Part shown: piece after piece, positions 56,697 to 64,000 of the stretch
How the letters are laid out: each line of letters opens with the position of its first letter
Position numbering within the stretch: the first letter of the stretch is position 1
Origin: a virus
Taxonomy: Duplodnaviria > Caudoviricetes
DNA: 64,000 nt
Strand: one strand, 5' to 3'
IMG/VR virus record: IMGVR_UViG_3300033069_001711
Span: 1 to 64,000 of that record
Made by a program: the position numbers and the translations under genes
Notes under the pieces: model-generated
Database searches by the model: none
Told to the model about the DNA's origin: nothing
The model's input: the letters and a program-made list of their open reading frames with translations, nothing else

Positions 56697-57856
56697 TGAA
56701 AACAGTTCTCTTTCGAAGCCCTGTATTGACACAATCTGGGTATGGTGTTCATGCTCGCCAAATTGCTCGATGGTTGCTCAAACGACCTGATTTTGATGTG
56801 AAATTTGCTACATTGAACTGGGGCGATACGCCGTGGTTCATCAATGGTGAATCTCATGATGGATTTGTTGGCGAAGTTATGAAAAGATCTGTCAAGCCTG
56901 ATTTCAAGGCTGACATTTCATTTCAATTGCAACTTCCCAACGAATGGGATCCTAGTGTTGCACCCATCAACATCGGCATCACGGCAGGGGTTGAAACCGA
57001 TCGATGCAACCCAGATTGGGTGACCGCATGCAATCAAATGACAGCCGTGGTAGTTCCTTCACAGCACACTAAGTCTGTTCTTACAAGCTCAGGCAACGTA
57101 CTTAAACCATTGTTCGTCATTCCTGAAGCGTACTGCGATTCAATTAGGAATCAAGAATTACCGACACTTCCTACATTTTCCACACCTTTCAACTTCTTGT
57201 TGTTTGGACAATTGACGGGAAATAATGCAGAAAGCGACAGAAAGAACATTTTTTACTCAATCAAGTGGCTGACTGAGGTTTTCAAAAATGATCCTGACGT
57301 AGGAATCGTCATCAAGACAAATGCTGGCAGGTGTAGCAAACTTGACAGAATGATGACCAAAAATTTGTTGACTAACGTTGTCAATGAAGCCCGACGTGAC
57401 GGAAAAGGACCAAAACTTCACTTGCTTCACGGTGACATGTCAGAGCCTGAAGTTGCATCCCTCTATAAACACCCACAAATCAAAGCCTTAGTTGCCTTAA
57501 CGCGTGGAGAAGGTTACGGTTTACCGATTCTCGAAGCTGCAGCCTCAGGTTTACCGGTAGTGGCCACTGACTGGTCTGGGCATTTAGACTTTCTAAACTT
57601 GGGCAAATTCATCAGTGTCTATTACCAACTCACCGACGTCCATCCGTCCAGGATTGATGGAAAGATCTTCATGCCTGGTGCACGATGGGCAAATCCATCA
57701 GAGTCAGATTTCAAAAAACGAATTATGAAATTCAGACAAAGTCACACCATTCCTGGTGAGTGGGCTTCAGAATTGAAAAACGTAATTCTTGAAAAATACA
57801 GTCTCGATAACGTGTCGAAAATGTATGATGAAATTCTCAAGGAGTTCATCGGATGA
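56696..57856 (+). CDS. GT4 glycosyltransferase
   Basis: SGYGVHAR; DRKN; RGEGYGLPILEAAASGLPVVATDWSGHLDF. Confidence 0.85.
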   Translation: MKTVLFRSPVLTQSGYGVHARQIARWLLKRPDFDVKFATLNWGDTPWFINGESHDGFVGEVMKRSVKPDFKADISFQLQLPNEWDPSVAPINIGITAGVETDRCNPDWVTACNQMTAVVVPSQHTKSVLTSSGNVLKPLFVIPEAYCDSIRNQELPTLPTFSTPFNFLLFGQLTGNNAESDRKNIFYSIKWLTEVFKNDPDVGIVIKTNAGRCSKLDRMMTKNLLTNVVNEARRDGKGPKLHLLHGDMSEPEVASLYKHPQIKALVALTRGEGYGLPILEAAASGLPVVATDWSGHLDFLNLGKFISVYYQLTDVHPSRIDGKIFMPGARWANPSESDFKKRIMKFRQSHTIPGEWASELKNVILEKYSLDNVSKMYDEILKEFIG

Positions 57857-58164
57857 TTTGGATTTTGATTGCGTTGTTAGTTATTTTTTTGATCGTATCG
57901 ACGTACGTTAACTACATCGTTATCAAACAGAATTTGCTTCTAGAAGATCAACGTGAATCGTTAGTCGATCAAATTGAAGAGTCACTTGAAATTTTTGATG
58001 TGTGTTATGACCGCGCATGTACTCATGCTGAAATTCCTGTTCTTAGCGATGAACCCATGATCAAGGAAGTCGTCAGTAATTTGCAACTAGTACGTAATGC
58101 GATTTTAGCAATCGCTAGCAAGGTTGTCACATACGGGGCCGACGAAGACGAAGACGGTAATTGA
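57853..58164 (+). CDS. N-terminally anchored membrane protein
   Basis: MIWILIALLVIFLIVSTYV then coiled coil. Confidence 0.55.
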   Translation: MIWILIALLVIFLIVSTYVNYIVIKQNLLLEDQRESLVDQIEESLEIFDVCYDRACTHAEIPVLSDEPMIKEVVSNLQLVRNAILAIASKVVTYGADEDEDGN

Positions 58165-58167
58165 ATC

Positions 58168-58986
58168 ATGTTTAAAAGAAAGAAATTAGTAGATCCAAAT
58201 GCTCCTACAAAGGCTTCGGCGGCTGGTAAAATGCCACCGACGCCTGTTGTTCTTCCTGAAAAAATTCTGACGCCAGAAGAAAAAGCAAAAGCAAAAGAAG
58301 ATCGAAAATACTTCAACGCTAACACACAAGCAGCTATTGTAGCATATCAAAATGCTAAAGATAATCGCAAAGAACGTGAACAATTGTATGTCAAGGGAAT
58401 TTTGCCAGCTTTTGAAAAGCTAACCGAAAATCTCATCAACATTCATAAGTTTACTAGCTTGCATGACACATATGATGATTTGAAGAATGATTGCGTCAAT
58501 TTTTTGTTTGAGACAATTGGTAAATTCGATGGCAATCGTGGCACCAACGCATTCTCATATTTCAATGTGGTAGCCAAAAATTGGCTCATTATCAGAACTA
58601 AACAGAAGACGCAACGCATGCGTAGAACTGTTAGCTTAGATGATCAAGACGCTTTGAATGCAAACGAACTCAGAATCATCGAAGAACACAGTGTAGTTCC
58701 AGGTCAAGATACTGTGTTAGAAAATGAAGCTGCGACCCGCGGACATATTGAAATGCTCTATGAGATTCGCAATAAAGTCAAAACAGAGAATGAACTAGCT
58801 TGCATCAACAGCATTATCACCATCTTTGAAAATGTGGATGAAATTGATCTCTTGAACAAGAGCGCCATTCTTCTGTATATGCGTGAATTATCAGGATTGA
58901 GTCCTAAACAACTTACGACGACGATGCAACAAGTCAAGCGTCATTATCGAAGAATGAAAATTGAACCTAAATTCAAGCTATTCTGA
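58168..58986 (+). CDS. gp55-like (sigma-2 type) phage late sigma factor
   Basis: YFNANTQAAIVAY...DLKNDCVNFLFETIGKFD...AFSYFNVVAKNWLI resembles sigma region 2 of T4 gp55-type factors. Confidence 0.65.
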   Translation: MFKRKKLVDPNAPTKASAAGKMPPTPVVLPEKILTPEEKAKAKEDRKYFNANTQAAIVAYQNAKDNRKEREQLYVKGILPAFEKLTENLINIHKFTSLHDTYDDLKNDCVNFLFETIGKFDGNRGTNAFSYFNVVAKNWLIIRTKQKTQRMRRTVSLDDQDALNANELRIIEEHSVVPGQDTVLENEAATRGHIEMLYEIRNKVKTENELACINSIITIFENVDEIDLLNKSAILLYMRELSGLSPKQLTTTMQQVKRHYRRMKIEPKFKLF

Positions 58987-59006
58987 ACAGAAAGTCACAA
59001 AAGTCT

Positions 59007-59387
59007 ATGTCTGATGAAAAAGACGAAATTGGATTAGTCGAAGTCAGTGAACGTAATCTTGAAGAGAAAATTCGTGATTTCAGTGACTTGTTAGGTGACA
59101 TTGAAAACCTTGATGACAAGGTCAAACATCTCTGTAAAGAGATCTATGAAAATGCAATTGCAGATCGTCAAAACTCATATGTGATGTTCACCAAACTCGC
59201 AAGAATGGTAAGTGACAAAAGCACTGAATTTGCAGTTCATGGTAAGAGCATACGTGACTTCATTGAACGCATGCAAAAAGCCAATGATCAATTAAGTCGA
59301 TTGCTAGAGTTGATCATTAAGGTGAAACACAGTAATGAAGTCATTGATCCTGAATCAATGTTTGATCAAATTAAAAAAGGTCGTTGA
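59007..59387 (+). CDS. Hypothetical coiled-coil protein (126 aa)
   Basis: Helical; lies between the sigma and baseplate genes. Confidence 0.55.
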   Translation: MSDEKDEIGLVEVSERNLEEKIRDFSDLLGDIENLDDKVKHLCKEIYENAIADRQNSYVMFTKLARMVSDKSTEFAVHGKSIRDFIERMQKANDQLSRLLELIIKVKHSNEVIDPESMFDQIKKGR

Positions 59388-59426
59388 ATCATCAATGATT
59401 AGTACGTAAGACTTCGAGGACTTAAC

Positions 59427-60902
59427 TTGGCCGGAGATAGATTTAGCAAACACGACACCAAACACATCTCCGAAGGCCGCTATGCTGAGGTGATGCATGC
59501 TAGGGCTGCATTTCACGATCAAGATGGTGCGCTTCCCAGTTTTGTTAGAATGGTCGTGTTGGATGTAATCAGTGATCCATCGACGCTCGATAAGATCAAA
59601 CTTTCACACTACGAGCATGAATTAGGTGTAGGAAACATTGGTTATGCATCTGTAGCTCCTCGAAATAGCATCATCGCAAGGCGTGTTATGGGGCCAGGAA
59701 TTAGCGCCTCAGAAAAGGTGATGGTTCTTTATCCATTCTTTCCACCTCATCTTTCGTTACCTGCCAAACCTGGAGAACACGTCTGGGCGATGTTTGAACA
59801 CCCAGGAGCCAAATCCAATGATTTGGGCTATTGGATGTGTAAGATTGTACAGCCTAATTTCGTAGAAGATGTCAATCACACCCACGCCGATCGACAATTT
59901 GATCAATCATTTTTACCCGGGTTGACTGATGCTTTTGAAGGCACTGATGATCCAAAATACGAATTTCGAAATGGCGCTGTTGACGAAAAAGACGGAAACC
60001 GTTACGCAATTCCCGAAACAGCTAGTTTGCCAGAAGATGAAAAGGCATATGAAAAACTGCTGACAAAGTCAGATGCTAGCAAAATTACAAAGTACGAATC
60101 TGTTCCGCGTTTTCGAAAAAGGCCAGCAGATATAGCATTTGAAGGATCAAATAACACACTAATCGTGTTAGGAACCGATCGGTCGGGGCCTTTGGCGGAA
60201 TATGAGCCAGATCCATTCAACGGTCAAGTTCCAAAACCCGTTGAAGATGATGTTCAAGATGATGGTGCCGGGACTATCGATTTGGTCGCTGGCCGCGGCC
60301 AAACAGAGGTGACCGGCGGAAAAACTGTCGAGAGTACATTGATTGGAGGAGGTACTTTCAATAAAGAAATTGGCAAGAGCAAGAAAGATCTTGCTGCCAA
60401 AGAAGGTGATGTCGACTTTAAGACAGATAGAAGTCGTGTTATCATTCAACAACGCGTTCCAGTCGACAAAAGATTTGAGCTCACTGAATACAATTCCGGA
60501 ACTAAGATTGGTTCTGGTGTCAAAGATCTGGGCAACGGCGATGGTGCTGTCGTCATTAAAACAGACAAAGTTCGTATCATTGCCAGGTCAGACGTGCAAT
60601 TGTTAGTTGAGGGTTCAGAAGACAGAGATGAAAAGGGCAATTTGAAGCCCGGTACTGATTCTTCAAAGTGGGCCTCCATCACGATCAAAGCAAATGGAGA
60701 TGTCGTAATTGTACCTGCTGAGAAGGGCATTTTGAAACTTGGGGGCGACGATGCTGATCTAGCACCTCTGTGTACAAGAGTCAACAATAAAGGCGCCGAA
60801 GGACAAGTCACAGCAGCACCAATCGTTGACACAATGGCCGGCACCCAAGGTGGCGCCGATGGCTTAAACGGAACATATCCACGCAAAATTTTAATGAAGT
60901 GA
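59427..60902 (+). CDS. gp5-like baseplate hub/spike protein
   Basis: N-terminal OB-like LPAKPGEHVWAMFE..GYWM; GSNNTLIVLGTDR; beta-helix-like IKTDKVRIIAR, ITIKANGDVVI; next to gp25 and gp6. Confidence 0.55.
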   Translation: MAGDRFSKHDTKHISEGRYAEVMHARAAFHDQDGALPSFVRMVVLDVISDPSTLDKIKLSHYEHELGVGNIGYASVAPRNSIIARRVMGPGISASEKVMVLYPFFPPHLSLPAKPGEHVWAMFEHPGAKSNDLGYWMCKIVQPNFVEDVNHTHADRQFDQSFLPGLTDAFEGTDDPKYEFRNGAVDEKDGNRYAIPETASLPEDEKAYEKLLTKSDASKITKYESVPRFRKRPADIAFEGSNNTLIVLGTDRSGPLAEYEPDPFNGQVPKPVEDDVQDDGAGTIDLVAGRGQTEVTGGKTVESTLIGGGTFNKEIGKSKKDLAAKEGDVDFKTDRSRVIIQQRVPVDKRFELTEYNSGTKIGSGVKDLGNGDGAVVIKTDKVRIIARSDVQLLVEGSEDRDEKGNLKPGTDSSKWASITIKANGDVVIVPAEKGILKLGGDDADLAPLCTRVNNKGAEGQVTAAPIVDTMAGTQGGADGLNGTYPRKILMK

Positions 60903-60905
60903 CTT

Positions 60906-61832
60906 ATGGCAGGACCTTACGGTGGCATTTTAACAGGTGTGGGGCTCATTTCAGGTGGGAAACTCACCAACAAAGCACGTGATTCCTATGTTAACGAAGT
61001 TTTAGCTTTGTTGGCAACTGGTAATGCTGACGGCCAAGGCGGATCACCCACCACAAAAATCTTCAGCAGTCTAATACCATTACCCCCAGTACCCGGGCCG
61101 ACAATATTCAATGTCACCACGTTGACTCAGGAGAAACTATTCTGGTTCGATCCAGATCCTTTAGCAACAACAATGGCTTTGTTGATGAAGGACAAAGAAA
61201 AAACGCCCATATGGAATGCGATATTTCCTGACTTGCTCTATGCAAAGACAGCCGAAGCACTCGATGCAAATGGCTCGACGCCTCTGTTCCCCCTCTTTGA
61301 CGTCTCATGTGCATTTCCAGACCTGGAAGGATTTCCAATTCCGATACCAGATCTTGCGATCAAAGCTGGTTTCATGCCTCCTCCAAAATTGTTGATCAAA
61401 CTGGCTGATTTGGGGATCAAATTGTCACCTCCTTCATTGCCAATTCCTCCGATTCCGCCGTCATTACCGAATTTTCTCCCAAACGTTCCGGGACTGACGC
61501 TGCCAGGTTTACCTGCGTTAGCATTGCCAGAATTGTTGATAGGTCTCATCAAGTTGCCATTTGATTTGTTGGTAAAGTTAGCAATTCCTGACGTAGGACT
61601 GATTCTTGATCTATTGTCTTTCAAATTTGACGCCGTTTTCAACCTAGCTTTTGATCTTGTCGTCAAATTGTTGCAACCTTTGATTCCGATTGTTCCTAAA
61701 ATCATCATTGCATCGATTCTCATTTATCTCAAGGACGTTGTTGCAATGGTTATTGTTGACATTGTGGGTCTCATCATCGGTGCCGGCGGCGCGGCGACCA
61801 AATTAGTCGCTGGGGCGACAGGTTTAATTTAA
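60906..61832 (+). CDS. Pro/Leu-rich hydrophobic protein in the baseplate operon
   Basis: PPSLPIPPIPPSLP tract; long apolar C-terminus. Confidence 0.55.
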   Translation: MAGPYGGILTGVGLISGGKLTNKARDSYVNEVLALLATGNADGQGGSPTTKIFSSLIPLPPVPGPTIFNVTTLTQEKLFWFDPDPLATTMALLMKDKEKTPIWNAIFPDLLYAKTAEALDANGSTPLFPLFDVSCAFPDLEGFPIPIPDLAIKAGFMPPPKLLIKLADLGIKLSPPSLPIPPIPPSLPNFLPNVPGLTLPGLPALALPELLIGLIKLPFDLLVKLAIPDVGLILDLLSFKFDAVFNLAFDLVVKLLQPLIPIVPKIIIASILIYLKDVVAMVIVDIVGLIIGAGGAATKLVAGATGLI

Positions 61833-61850
61833 GCCTAGATAGAGACAGCC

Positions 61851-62315
61851 ATGGCGTCATTCAGTTTCAAATCATCGGGTATTACCCAGGCTGATACAGT
61901 TGAAAACGAATTAACTGTCACTGCCTTACCAATCGGAATTAGAACGCCTCTGTCATTGGGAGATAATGACCTTCTACAAACTTCAACTGATATTGCTACG
62001 CAATTAACAGACAATCTTCGAAACTTGATTTTGACAAATTGGGGTGAAAGATTGGGTTTTTACGATTTTGGTGCCAACTTGAGGCCACTAATGTCTGATC
62101 TTGTTTCGCAAGATGATTTTGATGCCGAAGCAATTGATCGAATTAAAACCGCCGTCTCTCGCTGGATGCCATACATTGAGTTACAAGATTTCATGTCAGT
62201 TACTGACAGAAATGAAAATACAAACACCGCCGTCATCAGATTGACCATCACGTTCAACGTTCCTGGCATTAACGTTGTTGGACGAAAACTTCAAGTGACC
62301 TTATACGCAATCTGA
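61851..62315 (+). CDS. gp25-like baseplate wedge protein
   Basis: NLRNLILTNWGERL..DFGANLRPL...IKTAVSRWMPYIEL. Confidence 0.85.
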   Translation: MASFSFKSSGITQADTVENELTVTALPIGIRTPLSLGDNDLLQTSTDIATQLTDNLRNLILTNWGERLGFYDFGANLRPLMSDLVSQDDFDAEAIDRIKTAVSRWMPYIELQDFMSVTDRNENTNTAVIRLTITFNVPGINVVGRKLQVTLYAI

Positions 62316-62322
62316 TACCGGG

Positions 62323-62330
62323 CTATTTAT
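62323..62330 (+). promoter_or_regulatory. Candidate late promoter CTATTTAT
   Basis: 8 nt upstream of the gp6 ATG. Confidence 0.4.
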
Positions 62331-62338
62331 AGACAAAA

Positions 62339-64000
62339 ATGACACTCAAACGAGACGACATCAAGGCAGTCCGCCAAAGAAAATATTTGGCTCGCGATTT
62401 CGATTCGCTTCGTGCGAATCTGTTAGAATATGCTCAGGCATATTACCCTGATCGAATTCGCGACTTCAGCGAATCAAGTTTAGGAGGTCTGTTCTTAGAC
62501 TTCGCCGCGTACGTAGGCGACAACATGTCGTTCTATCTAGATCATCAATATGGTGAACTAAATGCGGATACAGCTGTTGAACCCGCCAATATTCAACGAC
62601 AGTTAGAGGGTTCAGGGGTTCCCATCGTCGGAGCCTCGCCCGCTCTTGTTCCTTTGACTATTTACGTTGAAGTTCCTGCGGTGACAGTGTCAGGCATCAC
62701 TCAACCACATCCCGAAGCGTTGCCAATCGTCAAGTCAAATTCAAGTTTCATAGCCAACAATGGTGTCATCTTCAATTTGCTCGAAGACGTTGATTACACC
62801 TCAACAAGATCTGACGGCACACTGCTAGCCGACGTCAAAGTAGGAACAAAAAGTTCAAGCGGCAACATTCAATCATACATCATGGCCTTGACAGGTTTGT
62901 GTATTTCCGGACTTGAGACTACGGAAAATATCATTGTTGGATCCGCATTCAATCCATTCAATAAGATCACACTTCAAAATGCACACGTTTCAGAAATCAT
63001 TTCTGTCACCGATCTGTTAGGAAACATCTACTATCAGGTTGGTGCTTTGACACACGATGTTGTTTTTCAAAATGTCCTAAATACCAATAAGGACAATGAA
63101 CTAGTTCCAGACACTATTAAGGTGATTCCGGTTCCATATCGTTACATCACATCGGTGGATTTGTCAAGTCGAAGGACTACGCTAACTTTTGGCGGTGGCA
63201 ATGCAGAATCATTGCAAGATGACATCATTCCTGACCCATCTAGTTTTGCTATTTCGTTTCCATACACTCGTACTTTTTCTCGAATTCCGGTCAACCCACA
63301 GCAACTTTTGTCTACGACGACATTAGGCATTGCCGCGGCGGGCACCACTTATTCTATCACCTATCGTTATGGTGGTGGGCTAAATCACAACGTAGGCCCA
63401 AATAACATTCAAACAGTGAACGTTATCAACGTCTTCTTCCCAGGCAATCCACAACCACAAGTTGCGGCTGCTGTTCGAAATAGCATTGAAGTCAATAATA
63501 GAGTACAAGCTTCTGGTGGCGAGGACGCTCCGAGTGCAGATGATCTTAAAGCATTGATACCGTCAATCAAAAATTCCCAAGAACGAATTGTTACTCGTGA
63601 AGATCTACTTGCACGAGTCTATACCATTCCTTCAAATTTTGGTCGTGTGTTTAGGGCGGCTATTCGATCAAATCCTAACAACCCACTAGCGACGCAGCTA
63701 TACATTGTTTCACGTGACACCAACAGTCGCTTGATCACTTCTCCTGACACTTTGAAAAACAATTTAGTCAAATACTTGAATCCATACAGAATGATCAGTG
63801 ATGCAATTGATGTTCTAGATGCTCGAGTTGTCAATCTGACTTTTACGTTCGATGTATTGATCGATCCGTCATTGAATCGAACCATCGTGATTCAAAATGT
63901 TCTGACTAAACTCAACAAGTATTTCAACATCAATAACTTTCACATCGATCAACCGATCGTTTTGTCTGATTTGTCAAACATCATATTTTCCGTTCCGGGA
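62339..64000 (+). CDS. gp6-like baseplate wedge subunit (3' truncated by the window; absent from the ORF track)
   Basis: Spot translation by hand: YLARDFDSLRANLLEYAQAYYPD...DFSESSLGGLFLDFAAYVGDNMSFYLD; later YRYGGG, ASGGEDA, QERIVTREDLLARVY. Confidence 0.85.
   Translation, partial: MTLKRDDIKAVRQRKYLARDFDSLRANLLEYAQAYYPDRIRDFSESSLGGLFLDFAAYVGDNMSFYLDHQYGELNADTAVEPANIQRQLEGSGVPIVGASPALVPLTIYVEVPAVTVSGITQPHPEALPIVKSNSSFIANNGVIFNLLEDVDYTSTRSDGTLLADVKVGTKSSSGNIQSYIMALTGLCISGLETTENIIVGSAFNPFNKITLQNAHVSEIISVTDLLGNIYYQVGALTHDVVFQNVLNTNKDNELVPDTIKVIPVPYRYITSVDLSSRRTTLTFGGGNAESLQDDIIPDPSSFAISFPYTRTFSRIPVNPQQLLSTTTLGIAAAGTTYSITYRYGGGLNHNVGPNNIQTVNVINVFFPGNPQPQVAAAVRNSIEVNNRVQASGGEDAPSADDLKALIPSIKNSQERIVTREDLLARVYTIPSNFGRVFRAAIRSNPNNPLATQLYIVSRDTNSRLITSPDTLKNNLVKYLNPYRMISDAIDVLDARVVNLTFTFDVLIDPSLNRTIVIQNVLTKLNKYFNINNFHIDQPIVLSDLSNIIFSVPG

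Noticed and set aside
1-64000. Genome-wide stop-codon reassignment suggested by the odd tRNA
   Set aside because: Long genes are intact under code 11, and TGA, TAA and TAG all terminate genes, many in ATGA overlaps

Overview
This window looks like part of a large lytic myovirus (T4-superfamily-like jumbo phage) genome, not a cellular chromosome. It is gene-dense, with many ATGA/GTGA stop-start overlaps, and uses the standard code. Genes are almost all on the minus strand from 1 to about 28.25 kb and almost all on the plus strand from 28.46 kb on. Left arm: DNA primase, RuvC-like resolvase, gp4-like head-completion nuclease with a related homing endonuclease, a 16 kb block of probable virion proteins, PIN-PhoH, a stand-alone sigma-4 protein, Hc1 histone-like protein, DinG-like helicase, ClpP and a degenerate GroEL. 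Right arm: a very large soluble glycosylation island (about 11 glycosyltransferase-like genes, gmd, PseB/CapD-like dehydratase, DegT aminotransferase, GNAT, formyltransferase, deacetylase-like protein, nucleotide-sugar dehydrogenase, 2 methyltransferases) with no flippase, polymerase or initiating transferase in the window. The island contains what appears to be a truncated major-capsid-protein paralogue. It is interrupted by an NAD/translation cassette (NadM-Nudix, macrodomain, PTH2, tRNA-binding protein, SpoT-type HD hydrolase, a tRNA-Glu with an irregular anticodon arm). The window ends with a gp55-like sigma factor and baseplate genes (gp5-, gp25-, gp6-like). All family calls come from motif recognition by eye; no searches were run.
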